From: Alphaproteobacteria bacterium
Lineage (GTDB): Bacteria; Pseudomonadota; Alphaproteobacteria; UBA828
Direction of reading: 5' to 3'
DNA: 64,000 nt
Assembly: GCA_965214705.1 (NCBI GenBank)
Contig: CBDCCI010000001.1
Location: forward strand, 128,001 to 192,000
Shown here: positions 37,049 through 47,337 of the stretch, piece by piece
Layout of the letters: every line of letters begins with the position of its first letter
How positions within the stretch are numbered: the first letter of the stretch is position 1
Notes under the pieces: generated by a model
What the model saw: only the letters and a program-made list of their open reading frames with translations
The model's database searches: none
What the model was told of the DNA's origin: nothing
Translations under genes and position numbers: made by a program

Positions 37049-38164
37049 TCAAATCTCCGCCTCGCTATCCGTGAGGCTCAGGAGGTCGGGGAACGCGAGA
37101 ACGGACGTTCGACGGCCGCTACCAGGGACTAAGACCTGAAGAACGTTGCCTTCGCACAGAGCGTCCAGAATTCGCCGCGCTGTTCTTCCGGACATGCCGG
37201 TCCCGGCCGCGAAGTCGGAAGCTCTGAATATCGGGTGCCCGAAAATCCAGTCCAACGAGTGGATCGCGTAGCGAGAACGGGTCAGTTCCGGCACGCGACG
37301 CTTCAAGTCCTCGTAAAGGGAAATGATGCCCTTTGCCTTGGTCAGGTTGTCCTCGGCCTGCAATCGCACGGCTTCCAAGAAAAATCTGCACCATCCGGTC
37401 CAATCATCGTCGCGAGAGACGGCGAGCAGACTATCGTAATAGCCGTCGCGGTGAACCTCGAAGTAAGCGCTAATGTAGAACGTCGGCTCTCGGATAAGCC
37501 CGTCTTGCCAAAGCAGCAACGGCACCAGCATCCGCCCGAGCCGCCCATTACCGTCGAGGAACGGATGCAGAGCCTCGAATTCGGCGTGCAGGATTGCGAG
37601 CTTGATCAGCCGGTCGGGGGACTCCTGATGGATGTATCGTTCCCACGCGCTCATTGCGTCTGGAAGCCTATCCGCTCCGATGGGAACAAACTTGGCCTCT
37701 TCAAGGGAGCAGCCAAGTGCTCCGATCCAGTTCGGAGTTTTCCGGTACTCGCCCGGCAACTTGCCCTCGCCGCGTACCCTGGAAAGCAGCACGGAATGCG
37801 CTTCGCGGATCACTCGTTGTGACAGCGGCAGCTTCCCCAACATCTCTTCCGCCCGTCGCATCGCGGCACGGTAGTTGAGCACCTCCCAAATATCGTCACG
37901 ACGTGCGGGCGAATCGGGCTCCTGTCCGGCCTCGAACCCGAGGACTTCACCCATCGTCGCTTGGGTACCTTCAATGCGAGAGGAGAGCACTGCCTCTCGA
38001 GTCATCAAGGGAGCCAGCAAGATACGTGGATTCGGAATGGCAGCGAGCGTTCCGTCGTAGCGCGCCACCGCGGCCGCCGCGGGACCGATGAACGGAATCA
38101 GCGCAGGCCAGTCCAGGCGTCCCTCGGGTGGGAATCGGCCCGTGTGGTAGTAGACCGGCGCCAT
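37049..38164 (-). CDS. Fic family protein
   Basis: HPFLDGNGRLGR Fic motif; SSRIEGT inhibitory-type helix; C-terminal HTH-like region. Confidence 0.93.
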   Translation of the reverse strand: MAPVYYHTGRFPPEGRLDWPALIPFIGPAAAAVARYDGTLAAIPNPRILLAPLMTREAVLSSRIEGTQATMGEVLGFEAGQEPDSPARRDDIWEVLNYRAAMRRAEEMLGKLPLSQRVIREAHSVLLSRVRGEGKLPGEYRKTPNWIGALGCSLEEAKFVPIGADRLPDAMSAWERYIHQESPDRLIKLAILHAEFEALHPFLDGNGRLGRMLVPLLLWQDGLIREPTFYISAYFEVHRDGYYDSLLAVSRDDDWTGWCRFFLEAVRLQAEDNLTKAKGIISLYEDLKRRVPELTRSRYAIHSLDWIFGHPIFRASDFAAGTGMSGRTARRILDALCEGNVLQVLVPGSGRRTSVLAFPDLLSLTDSEAEI

Positions 38165-38236
38165 CGATACTCTCCGAACCCGAGTCTTTCCGAGCCGACG
38201 ATAGCACGCGTTCGCCCAAGCGCACGGCAAGGAAAG

Positions 38237-38264
38237 CGCCCCGCCCGGTTGCCCGGACGGGGCG
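38237..38264 (-). terminator. Probable intrinsic terminator of the SBP gene
   Basis: Minus strand CGCCCCGTCCGG-GCAA-CCGGGCGGGGCG followed by CTTT. Confidence 0.5.
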
Positions 38265-38360
38265 ATGGTCTCAACGCAGAGGAGCGAGGCTAAAACGCTG
38301 GCGCCGCAGCCCCCTCCCGTCGTTACACCCGTCTAGCGGGCGCTATCGTTCCACACTCGT

Positions 38361-39578
38361 TCAGCGGGCGATGTACTCGTAACGCTTGCCGAACAGCACA
38401 TCCATGGGCACCGGCTCCGAAATGGTCCAGGAGTCGACGACCGCCGGCTGATTGTTGGTGGTCTCCACGATCAGGTACGGCGCGAAGTTCTGATGGTGGA
38501 GCTGGTCCGTGAAGGTGCGCGTGCCGACCAGCACCGGCTCCTCGCGGAAGCTCTCCAGCGCCTCGACGACGGCGTCGGAATCGAAGGTGCCGGCCTTCTC
38601 GACGGCCTTGGCCCACATCTCGAAGACCACGTAGCCAGGGAAGGCGTACTGGTTGTTCACCGGCTCGCCGAACTTGGCCTCGTACTTCTTGAGGAACTCC
38701 TGCACCGCCGGGCGCGGATCGTCGCCATAGATCGAGGCCTGCTCGGGCACGAAGTGGCCAGAGAGACCAGGCACTGAATCCTGCCAGTAGACGCCCGTCA
38801 TGGAACTGCCGCCGCCGATGGGGGCAGTGATACCTGCCGCGCGGATCTGCTTGATCGCGCTCGCCCCGCCGGGAATGTAGCTGCAGTTCTCGATGATGTC
38901 GGGCTCTTCGGGCAGCGCCCTGATGCGGTCGACTTGCGCCTGAATGCTGGGATCGTCGTTCTGGTAGACGTCGTGGCCGACGACCTCGCCGCCGAGCACC
39001 TCGCGCCACATCCAGTCGAAGCCGTAGCAGATGCCCTTGTTGTACTCGAGAATGTCGTCGAGCAGGAGGTAGGCTGTGCGCCAGCCCTTCACCTTGTAAC
39101 CCCACTCGGCGATCGTGGCACCCTGCACCGCGGCGAGGATCGAGCTCGAGAACGAGTACTTGCCGATTCCCTGGATGCCGGCGAGCACGCTCTCCGCACA
39201 CAGGAAGATCGAAATCAGGCCTGCGTTCTGCGCCTGCAGCGCGGCGGGCGCGCCGAAGTCGTAGTCGCAATCCACCGCCATGGCGATGGCGCCATCGTTG
39301 ATGACGGAGATCCCGGCCTTGGCGCCTTCTGCACGCTCGGTCTTGGCGTCGGCGAAGACCGGCCTGATCTGCTTGCCGAGGAGGCCGCCCTTGGCGTTCC
39401 AGTCGTCGATCGCGATCAACGCGGCGTTGGTCGAGGGCCCGCTATAGGCCTGCATCCAGCCCGAATACGACGCGGCGAAGCCGAAGACGACCTCGTGGTC
39501 GTCCGCCACCGCCGGCGCGGCCGATACCGCGCCCAGCGCGAGTGCGCCGGCCGCAGCGATTGATGCAAGTTTTCTCAT
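38361..39578 (-). CDS. Liv-type (HAAT) ABC substrate-binding protein
   Basis: Signal peptide; NAKGGLLGKQI, AVEKAGTFD; divergent from livGFHM. Confidence 0.88.
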   Translation of the reverse strand: MRKLASIAAAGALALGAVSAAPAVADDHEVVFGFAASYSGWMQAYSGPSTNAALIAIDDWNAKGGLLGKQIRPVFADAKTERAEGAKAGISVINDGAIAMAVDCDYDFGAPAALQAQNAGLISIFLCAESVLAGIQGIGKYSFSSSILAAVQGATIAEWGYKVKGWRTAYLLLDDILEYNKGICYGFDWMWREVLGGEVVGHDVYQNDDPSIQAQVDRIRALPEEPDIIENCSYIPGGASAIKQIRAAGITAPIGGGSSMTGVYWQDSVPGLSGHFVPEQASIYGDDPRPAVQEFLKKYEAKFGEPVNNQYAFPGYVVFEMWAKAVEKAGTFDSDAVVEALESFREEPVLVGTRTFTDQLHHQNFAPYLIVETTNNQPAVVDSWTISEPVPMDVLFGKRYEYIAR

Positions 39579-39652
39579 CCGAAGTGACCTCCCTCTCAAT
39601 GTCTCATGGCAAGTGCCAAGCACTCGGCGGAATGCCGAGCCCCCTAAACCGA

Positions 39653-39667
39653 CGCATTGTCAATGCG
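39653..39667. promoter_or_regulatory. Putative operator palindrome in the divergent promoter region
   Basis: CGCATTG-T-CAATGCG perfect dyad. Confidence 0.4.
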
Positions 39668-39898
39668 GCGTCGGCTTTTGCAAGCCCGATTGCAGGGCCG
39701 GTCACGGGCCCAATCGAACGCAGACGAAAAGGTCAAGTGAATTCCGTAGGCCCGATCGAGAACGCCATGCGAATTCCCCGTTGATTCGCGACCCGGCGTT
39801 CGGTAGCTAACGAGGGAACTGCGGCTGTGCGGGCGCCCGTGCGGCCGCATCGTCCGCGCGGCGGCGCGTGCAGTGGTTTGGGCAACGGGGGGTGGCTG

Positions 39899-40654
39899 GT
39901 GTCAGAAGACGCCGGATCCAAGGCGGAAGCGCAGAACGGCCATACGCTGGAAGCGCGCGGCGTCACTGTCCGCTTCGAAGGCCTCACCGCTGTCGACAGC
40001 GTGGACGAGACCCTGCACCAGGGCGAGATCCTCGGCCTCATCGGCCCCAACGGCGCCGGCAAGACGACGCTTGTCAACGCCATGACCGGCTTCCAGGTGC
40101 CGGCCGCTGGCGAGGTGCTGCTCGGCGGCAAGGTGATCTCCAGGCTTACGCCCCACTGGATCAGGCGACACGGCGTGGCCCGCACCTTCCAGGCCGGGCG
40201 CCTCTTCCGCGACATGCCGGTAAGCGAGAATGTCGAGGTCGCCGGCGTGAGCCTCGGCCTCTCCCGCCGCAAGGCGCATGTGCAGGCAATGGAGATTCTT
40301 GAGTGGATCGGCCTCGCCGATCAGGCTCAAGACCCGGCGGGAGTGCTGCCCTATACCGACGAGCGCCGGGTCGGCATCGCCCGCGCGCTGGCGATGAACC
40401 CCACTTTTGTCCTGCTGGACGAGCCTGCGGCCGGGATGTCCGACCTTGAATGCGACGACGTGATGCACCTTGTGCGCGAGATACCGGAGCGCTTCGGCTG
40501 CGGCGTGCTGCTGATCGAGCACAACATGCGGGTCATCATGGGAGTCTGCGAGCGAATCCACGTGCTCGACAGCGGCCGGACCATCGCGCGGGGCACGCCT
40601 GCCGAGGTGCAGAGCAACGAGGCGGTCATCGCCGCCTACCTCGGCCACGAGTGA
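39899..40654 (+). CDS. HAAT ABC ATPase (LivG-like)
   Basis: GPNGAGKTT, ARTFQ, LLDEPAAG, IEHNM, AYLG. Confidence 0.9.
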   Translation: MSEDAGSKAEAQNGHTLEARGVTVRFEGLTAVDSVDETLHQGEILGLIGPNGAGKTTLVNAMTGFQVPAAGEVLLGGKVISRLTPHWIRRHGVARTFQAGRLFRDMPVSENVEVAGVSLGLSRRKAHVQAMEILEWIGLADQAQDPAGVLPYTDERRVGIARALAMNPTFVLLDEPAAGMSDLECDDVMHLVREIPERFGCGVLLIEHNMRVIMGVCERIHVLDSGRTIARGTPAEVQSNEAVIAAYLGHE

Positions 40655-40659
40655 CGCGG

Positions 40660-41406
40660 ATGCTCCTCTCAGTCGAAGACATCTACGTGCATTATGGCCG
40701 GGTTCCGGCCGTGCGCGGCGTCTCCATCGGCGTCAGCGAGGGCGAGATCGTCTGCGTCGTCGGCCCCAACGGCGCCGGCAAGTCGACGACGCTGCTCACC
40801 ATCTCGGGCGTCCTGCGGCCATCCCAGGGCACGATCAACTTCGACGGTCAGTCCATCGTCGGCCTCACACCGGAGGCAGTGGCGCGGCACGGCATCTCCC
40901 AGGTGCCGGAAGGCCGGCACGTCTTCACCACGCTGAGCGTCGAGGAGAACCTGCGGCTCGGCACCCGGATGCGCCGCGACCGGGCCGAGATCGAGGCAGA
41001 TTTCAAGCGGGTGCTGGAGCTCTTCCCGGTTCTGGCGGAGCGGCGCAGGGGGGCTGCGGGCAAGCTCTCCGGCGGCGAACAGCAGATGCTGGTGATCGGC
41101 CGGGCGCTTCTGACCAACCCCAGAATCATGACCATCGACGAGCCCTCGCTCGGGCTCGCGCCCAACCTGGTGGACCGGGTCTACGAGGTGTTGCTTGAGC
41201 TGAGGGAATCCCGGGGGCTCACGCTGCTGATCGTCGAGCAGAGCTCGGAGCGCGCGATCAAGGCGGCAGACCGCATCTACGTGCTGCGCAGCGGCGAGAT
41301 TCAGCTGGAAGGCGACGCCGCGGACCTGCAGGACGGCGAGAAGGTGCGCCAGGCCTATTTCGGCTTCACCGAAGGCGTGGAGCACGCGGGCGAGGCGACC
41401 TTCTGA
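40660..41406 (+). CDS. HAAT ABC ATPase (LivF-like)
   Basis: GPNGAGKST, VPEGR, LSGGEQQML, DEPSLGLAP. Confidence 0.9.
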   Translation: MLLSVEDIYVHYGRVPAVRGVSIGVSEGEIVCVVGPNGAGKSTTLLTISGVLRPSQGTINFDGQSIVGLTPEAVARHGISQVPEGRHVFTTLSVEENLRLGTRMRRDRAEIEADFKRVLELFPVLAERRRGAAGKLSGGEQQMLVIGRALLTNPRIMTIDEPSLGLAPNLVDRVYEVLLELRESRGLTLLIVEQSSERAIKAADRIYVLRSGEIQLEGDAADLQDGEKVRQAYFGFTEGVEHAGEATF

Positions 41407-42323
41407 TGGAAGTCGTCGTCCAGGTCATCATCTCCAGCCTGAGCCTGGGGAGCTTCTACGCCCTTGGCGCTTTGGGTATCGGGCTACTCTTCGGCGTGCT
41501 CAGGCTGATCAACTTCGCCCACGGCGACTTCATTACGGTGGGCGGGTTCTCGCTGATCGTGCCGGCGACGGCGGTGGTCGCAGTCCCGCTGATCCTCGAC
41601 TTCCACCCGGTGGCGCTGATCATCTGCGTGGTGGGCGTGGTGGTGGTTTGGGCGCTTGCCTCCTATTTCCTGCTCTTCCGGCACATTCAGACGGCGCCGC
41701 CCGCCGTGCTGATGATCGCCTCGGTGGCGCTCAGCTTCTCGATCCAGAACCTCATCATCATGATCTACAGCGGGCGGCCGAAGGCGGTTGGCCTCTGGCC
41801 TGAGCTCACCGGCGTGATCCCGCTCTCGGACAAGGTGCAGGTGCCGATCCTGCAGCTCGTGATCGTGGCGGTGACCTGGATCCTGCTCATCCTGCTTACG
41901 ATCTTCCTGAGGCGCACGCCGATCGGCGTGGAAATGCGGGCCGCGGCCGAGGACTTCAGGATGGCGCGGATGCTCGGCGTCAATGCGACCCGGGTGATCG
42001 CGCTCGCCTTCGTCATCTCGGGCGCGCTCGCCGGCATCATGGCGCTGATGTACCACACGCAGACCGGCATCCTGAGCTTCCGCGGCGGCGTCTTCCTGAT
42101 GCTCTACGCCTTCATCGCCACGGTGATCGGCGGCATGGGCAGCCTGATCGGCGCCGTGGTCGGCGGCTACGTTGTGGGGATCTTCTCGACCGTGCTGATC
42201 GCGATCCTGCCCGAGGGCATGCGGGGCTTCCGCGACGCCTTCGTGTTCGGCCTGGTGGTGGTGATTCTGCTGGCCCGACCCCAAGGGCTGGTGCCGACCA
42301 GGGCGTTCAAAGAGCGGGTGTGA
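41406..42323 (+). CDS. HAAT ABC permease (LivH-like)
   Basis: INFAHG, MRAAAED, IGGMGS, RPQGL. Confidence 0.9.
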   Translation: MEVVVQVIISSLSLGSFYALGALGIGLLFGVLRLINFAHGDFITVGGFSLIVPATAVVAVPLILDFHPVALIICVVGVVVVWALASYFLLFRHIQTAPPAVLMIASVALSFSIQNLIIMIYSGRPKAVGLWPELTGVIPLSDKVQVPILQLVIVAVTWILLILLTIFLRRTPIGVEMRAAAEDFRMARMLGVNATRVIALAFVISGALAGIMALMYHTQTGILSFRGGVFLMLYAFIATVIGGMGSLIGAVVGGYVVGIFSTVLIAILPEGMRGFRDAFVFGLVVVILLARPQGLVPTRAFKERV

Positions 42324-43387
42324 TGATCGACGCTACCACCCCGCTCATGCAGCGCATCCGGCACTTCTGGCCGGTGGTCAATCTGTGCATCGGGCTGCTC
42401 GTCATCACGGCGATCGTGGTCGCGCTCGACGACAGGATCCTGGCGCGGACGCTGACCGAGGGCCTGATCCGCGTCGTGATCGTGGTGGCGCTCTACATGT
42501 TCATTGGCAACTCCGGGATCATGTCGTTCGGCCACATCGGCTTCATGATGATCGGCGCCTACGCCACCGGCTGGCAGACCTGCTGCCCCTACACCCGCGA
42601 GATGTTCATGCCGGGGCTGCCGGGTTATCTGTTGGACAACAGCCATCATTTCGTGCTTGCGATCTTCCTGGCGGGGCTCTTGAGCGCCTTTGTGGCCCTG
42701 ATCGCGGGCATTGCGCTGATGCGATTATCGGGAATTGCCGCATCCATCGGCACCTTCGCTTTCCTGATGATCATCTATTCGGTCTATCTGCGCTGGAGCA
42801 CCTGGACCTCGGGCGCGAGCTCGGTGATCGGACTGCCGCAGACGACCACGCCCTGGGTCGCCTATTGCTATGCGGTGGTCACGATCTTCGCGGCCTTCTT
42901 CTATTCACGCTCCAAATTCGGCCTCGCGCTAAGGGCGTCGCGAGACGATGAGGTCGCGGCGAAGGCGGCCGGAGTCAACGTCATCGGCCAGCGCCTGCTC
43001 GCCTTCGTGATCAGCGCGTTCTTCTGTGGCATGGCGGGTGGCCTCTTCGGCCACTTCCTGGGGATGCTCACGGTCGACACCTTCTTCCTGAACCTGACGC
43101 TGATCACGCTGGCGATGCTAGTGATCGGGGGCATGCAAAGCCTCTCCGGTGCCGTCGTCGGCGTCGTGGTGCTGACCGTGGTGATCGACCTGCTCAAGAA
43201 CCTGGAGAGCGGGATGTTCGGCAAGGACGGCTTCGTGCTTCCCACCAGCAGCACCTGGGTGGTGGTGGGCGTGGTGATGATGCTGATCATCATCTTCCGC
43301 CGCAGCGGAATCACCCGGAACGCCGAGCTCTACTGGCCGTTCAAGAGCGACATCACCGCCGAGGGCGCGCTCAGGCGCCAGTCCTGA
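42320..43387 (+). CDS. HAAT ABC permease (LivM-like)
   Basis: SFGHIGF..IGAY, GLALRASRDDEVAA..AGVN. Confidence 0.9.
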   Translation: MMIDATTPLMQRIRHFWPVVNLCIGLLVITAIVVALDDRILARTLTEGLIRVVIVVALYMFIGNSGIMSFGHIGFMMIGAYATGWQTCCPYTREMFMPGLPGYLLDNSHHFVLAIFLAGLLSAFVALIAGIALMRLSGIAASIGTFAFLMIIYSVYLRWSTWTSGASSVIGLPQTTTPWVAYCYAVVTIFAAFFYSRSKFGLALRASRDDEVAAKAAGVNVIGQRLLAFVISAFFCGMAGGLFGHFLGMLTVDTFFLNLTLITLAMLVIGGMQSLSGAVVGVVVLTVVIDLLKNLESGMFGKDGFVLPTSSTWVVVGVVMMLIIIFRRSGITRNAELYWPFKSDITAEGALRRQS

Positions 43388-43394
43388 CCGGCGG

Positions 43395-43560
43395 CGCCGG
43401 GCGCTCGCTCCGTTCGCTTGGCTACGCGCCATTCGGCGCGGCGCGCAGTTGCGCGCTCCGAGCCTCCGGCTCGGCCCCCATCATGGCAGACTCTTCGTTG
43501 GGTTGCCGCGCGGCGCGGGCGACGTGAATGGTCGGGGCAAGTCCGGGCATGAAGAGAGGA
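43395..43560 (+). repeat. Multi-hairpin dispersed repeat, copy 3, followed by REP-like palindrome
   Basis: 80/106 identical without gaps to 22915-23020 by manual count; ATGGTCGGGGCAAGTCCGGGCATGAA at 43528-43553. Confidence 0.75.
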
Positions 43561-43607
43561 GAACGGTGCGCCCGCTCCGCTGGCTAAGGCCACGTGCGGC
43601 GTGGCGT

Positions 43608-45230
43608 TCAGGCGCCTGCCGGGGCTTCGGCGGGGAGCGGCGGCTTGCCCAGGATCATGTCGGCCGCCTTCTCGGCGATCATGATGGTGGGCGCCGCGGT
43701 GTTGCTGCTGGTGATGAGCGGCATGACCGAGGCATCGACGACCCGGAGCCCCTCCGCGCCGCGCACGCGCAGCTCCGCGTCCAGCACGGCGCGCTCGTCG
43801 CGGCCCATGCGGCAGGTGCCGACCGGGTGCCAGACGGTGGTCAGGTTGGCCCTGATCCAGGCGTCGATCGCATCATCCGACCGCGCGCGCTCGCCGGGCG
43901 CGATTTCTTGGCCGCGGTAGGGGTCGAACGGTGTCTGGGCCATGATCCGCCGCGCGAAGCGGACCGCGTCGCGCATCACCCGACGGTCGGTCTCGGCGCT
44001 GAGCGTGTTGGCGTGGATCGCCGGCGGCCGGGATGCATCGGCTGCGGCGATGCGAACCTCCCCGCGGCTCTCGGGCCGGAGCTGGTAGCAGTGGGTGAGG
44101 AAGCCGTGCCGGCCCTGCTTCTTGCGGGTCACGTCCAGGGTGAGGCCGGGGATGAAGGTGACCTGGAGATCGGGCGCGTCGAGCCCGTCGCGGCTGCGCG
44201 CGAAGCCGCCGCCCTCCAGCGCGATGGAGGTGCCGGGCCCGGTGCCGAGGAGGTAGGCACGCAGGCAGGCCATCGCCGCGCGATCGGGCCGCAGCAGGCC
44301 GTAGAGCGCAACCGGTTGCGTGCAGGCGTACTGCACGTAGACGCCGGCGTGGTCCTGCAGGTTGCGCCCGACATCGGGGCTTGCCACCACGACTTCGATG
44401 CCGACGGAGCGGAGATGCTCGGGCGCGCCCACGCCCGAGAGCTGCAGCAGCTGGGGTGAGTTGATCGTGCCGGCGCAGAGGATCACCTCCCGCCGCGCGC
44501 GAATCTCGTGCCGCTGCCCGCCCCGGCGGTAAGCGACGCCCACACAGCGCCGACCCTCGAAGAGCAGCCGCTCGACATGGGCGCGAAGCACGAGACGCAG
44601 GTTGGGCCGCTCGCGCACCGGCAGGATGAAGGCGTGGCCGGTATTCACGCGGCGCCCGCGGTCGACGCAAAAATCCTGCCGGCCCATGCCTTCCTGCACC
44701 GCGCCGTTGAAGTCGTCGTTGCGCGGCAGGCCCAGCGTATCGCAGGCCTCGAGGAAGACGTCGTAAAGCGGGTTCGTCGAGGCGGCGCGGTTGACGCGGA
44801 GCGGGCCGTCGGTGCCGTGGTAGGCGTCTTGGCGGGAGCCGTGCCCCTCGGCCCGCTTGAAGTAGGGCAGCACGCTCTCGTAGTCCCAGCCGTCGAGGCC
44901 GAGCTGGCGCCAGCCGTCGTAATCCAGGCGGTTGCCGCGCATGTACATCATGCCGTTGATGGCGGAGGTACCGCCCAGCACCTTGCCGCGCGGCCAGGGG
45001 ATGCGGCGGCCGTCGAGATGGGGCTCCGGCTCGGTCTCGTAGCTCCAGTTGATCGAGCGCATGAAGTAGACGAGCCCCGCCATCAGCGGGATGTGGATGA
45101 AGGGATGGCGCGCCTCGCCGCCGGCCTCCAGCAGGGCCACGCTGGTCTTCGGATCGGCGGTAAGCCGGTTGGCCAGCACGCAGCCGGCGGTGCCGCCGCC
45201 GATCACGACGAAATCATGCTCGTCCGCCAT
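43608..45230 (-). CDS. GMC family oxidoreductase (choline dehydrogenase-like)
   Basis: GGGTAG, RGKVLGGTSAINGM, GRNLQDH, WHPVGTCRMG, LRVVDAS. Confidence 0.93.
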   Translation of the reverse strand: MADEHDFVVIGGGTAGCVLANRLTADPKTSVALLEAGGEARHPFIHIPLMAGLVYFMRSINWSYETEPEPHLDGRRIPWPRGKVLGGTSAINGMMYMRGNRLDYDGWRQLGLDGWDYESVLPYFKRAEGHGSRQDAYHGTDGPLRVNRAASTNPLYDVFLEACDTLGLPRNDDFNGAVQEGMGRQDFCVDRGRRVNTGHAFILPVRERPNLRLVLRAHVERLLFEGRRCVGVAYRRGGQRHEIRARREVILCAGTINSPQLLQLSGVGAPEHLRSVGIEVVVASPDVGRNLQDHAGVYVQYACTQPVALYGLLRPDRAAMACLRAYLLGTGPGTSIALEGGGFARSRDGLDAPDLQVTFIPGLTLDVTRKKQGRHGFLTHCYQLRPESRGEVRIAAADASRPPAIHANTLSAETDRRVMRDAVRFARRIMAQTPFDPYRGQEIAPGERARSDDAIDAWIRANLTTVWHPVGTCRMGRDERAVLDAELRVRGAEGLRVVDASVMPLITSSNTAAPTIMIAEKAADMILGKPPLPAEAPAGA

Positions 45231-45300
45231 GCTCCCCCCTGCATCGTGACAGCAACTCCCCTAGACTGCGCCGCCCCCAATCGCCAGAACGGACCCCGCC

Positions 45301-47256
45301 ATGGCCTTCGACACCCTGTTCAGCCCGATCACCGTGGGCGCCCGCGAGCTGCGCAACCGCATCGTCCACGTCGCCACGGTCACGGGCCTCGGCAAGGACC
45401 GCGCGGTGACGGATCGCCTGATCGCCTACCACGCGGCGCGGGCGTGCGGCGGCGCCGCGATGATCGTGACCGAGCTGATGAACGTCCATCCCACCAGCAG
45501 CGGCGCGCCGATCCTGGTGAGCCTCCACGACGAGGCCAACCTGGGCGGCCTCTCGCGCTGGGCCGAGGCAGTGGAGCGCCACGGCTGCCGGCTGATCGGC
45601 CAGCTCGGCCACATCGGCCGCCAACAGCTCTGGGGCCTCGATTCCGTGCCGCGCAGCGCATCGTCGCAGCCCGAGGCGCTCTACTGGAACACCGCCCGGC
45701 CGCTCGGCGAGGACGAGATACCGGGCATCGTTGCGGGCTATGCGGAGAGCGCGGAGCGGCTGAAGCGCGCGGGCTTCAGCGGGGTCGAGCTGCATGGCGC
45801 CCACGGCTACCTGATCGCGCAGTTCCTCTCGCCCGCCTGCAACGACCGGACGGACGGCTACGGCGGTAGCTTCGAGGGCCGCACCCGCTTCATGCGCGAG
45901 GTGATGGCGGCGGTGCGCGCCGCCTGCGGCGAGGATTTCATCGTCGGCATCAAGCTGCCGGCGGACGAGCGCGTGCCGGGCGGAATCGACCCCGACGAGG
46001 CGGAGCGCATCGCCCGCGCCGCTGCCGCTGAGGGCGTGCTCGATTATCTCTCCTTCAGCCAGGGCGCGTTCGGTCCCGCGTTCGATACCCATCTACCCGA
46101 CATGCATTACCCGCCCCGGCCGTTCCTGCCGCTCCACACGCGGCTCCGCGCGGCCGGCGGCGGGCTCCCGGTGATCGGCCTCGGCCGGATCGAATCGGCC
46201 CAAGCAGCGGAGACGGCGCTTGCCGAGGGCGCCTGCGACATGGTCGGCTTCAGCCGGCTGTTGATATCGGACGCCGATTGGCCGCGCAAGACGGAGGCCG
46301 GCCGCGCCGGCGACATCCGCGCCTGCACCTTCTGCAACTACTGCTGGGGCGAGATTCACGCGGGCAAGCCCATTCGCTGCTTCCAGAATCCCGTGCTGGC
46401 GAGCGCGGACGAGGCCGGCTGGCAGCCGCCGCCGGCCCGTGAGCGCAAGCATGTCGTGGTGGTCGGCGCCGGGCTCGCCGGTCTGGAGGCCGCGTGGGTC
46501 GCGGCGGCGCGCGGCCATGCGGCCACGGTGTTCTCGGCGAGTGCCGGGCCCGGCGGCGCGTCTCGTGTCGAGGCTCTGTTGCCGGGCCGGGCGGAGGTGG
46601 CCACGACCGCCGAATTCCAGCTTCGCAAAGCCGAAGAGGCTGGCGCCGACTTCCGCGTCGGCGAGCCCGCCACCGGAGCGGCCGTGATGGCGTGCGAGCC
46701 GGATGCGGTGATCCTCGCCACCGGCTCCCGGATGCGCTGGCCGCCGGCGCTGGCCGAGGGCGCGGACGCGGTCGACCTGCGCAGCGCCGTCGCAGACCTC
46801 GCCAAGAGCGATGCCGCGCCTGCGCCGGGCACGGCGGTGCTGCTCGATATGGACCAGACGCCTGCGGTCTACGGCGCGGTGGAGCTGCTGGCGCAGCACT
46901 TCGCCCGCGTCGTCCTGCTGACTCCGGCGGCGGAGAACGCCCGCTTCGTCAACCTGATGTCGCGCATGGGCGTGGAGCGCAGGCTGGCGCTGCTCGGTAT
47001 TGACGTGCGCCGCCTCACCGAGCCGGTGGCGCGCGCGGGCGACCGGGTCACCTGCCGCCACGTCATCACCGGCGCCGAGATGGTCATCGAGGATGTCGCG
47101 TTGCTGACCTACGCGACGCCGCGCGCGGTGCGGGACGAGCTTGCCGGCGATCTGGCGGAGGCCGGGGTCCCGGTCACGCTCATCGGCGACTGCCTGCTGC
47201 CTCGGGACGCGGCCTCCGCCATCCACGACGGCCACCGCGCCGCGCTGGCGCTCTGA
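45301..47256 (+). CDS. NADH:flavin oxidoreductase (OYE + FAD domain, TMADH/DCR-like)
   Basis: LRNRIV, ELHGAHGYLIAQFLSP..NDRTDGYGG, CTFCNYC...C FeS motif, GAGLAGLEAA. Confidence 0.9.
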   Translation: MAFDTLFSPITVGARELRNRIVHVATVTGLGKDRAVTDRLIAYHAARACGGAAMIVTELMNVHPTSSGAPILVSLHDEANLGGLSRWAEAVERHGCRLIGQLGHIGRQQLWGLDSVPRSASSQPEALYWNTARPLGEDEIPGIVAGYAESAERLKRAGFSGVELHGAHGYLIAQFLSPACNDRTDGYGGSFEGRTRFMREVMAAVRAACGEDFIVGIKLPADERVPGGIDPDEAERIARAAAAEGVLDYLSFSQGAFGPAFDTHLPDMHYPPRPFLPLHTRLRAAGGGLPVIGLGRIESAQAAETALAEGACDMVGFSRLLISDADWPRKTEAGRAGDIRACTFCNYCWGEIHAGKPIRCFQNPVLASADEAGWQPPPARERKHVVVVGAGLAGLEAAWVAAARGHAATVFSASAGPGGASRVEALLPGRAEVATTAEFQLRKAEEAGADFRVGEPATGAAVMACEPDAVILATGSRMRWPPALAEGADAVDLRSAVADLAKSDAAPAPGTAVLLDMDQTPAVYGAVELLAQHFARVVLLTPAAENARFVNLMSRMGVERRLALLGIDVRRLTEPVARAGDRVTCRHVITGAEMVIEDVALLTYATPRAVRDELAGDLAEAGVPVTLIGDCLLPRDAASAIHDGHRAALAL

Positions 47257-47337
47257 CCCCCTATTCTCGGCACGGGCTTCCGGGGCCGCGTGCGTCGGGT
47301 TAAGTTGTGACACGAACACGCACGTAGGAGACCTGCC

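Noticed and set aside
43608-45230. betA
   Set aside because: Generic GMC motifs only, with no betB/betI nearby; symbol withheld.
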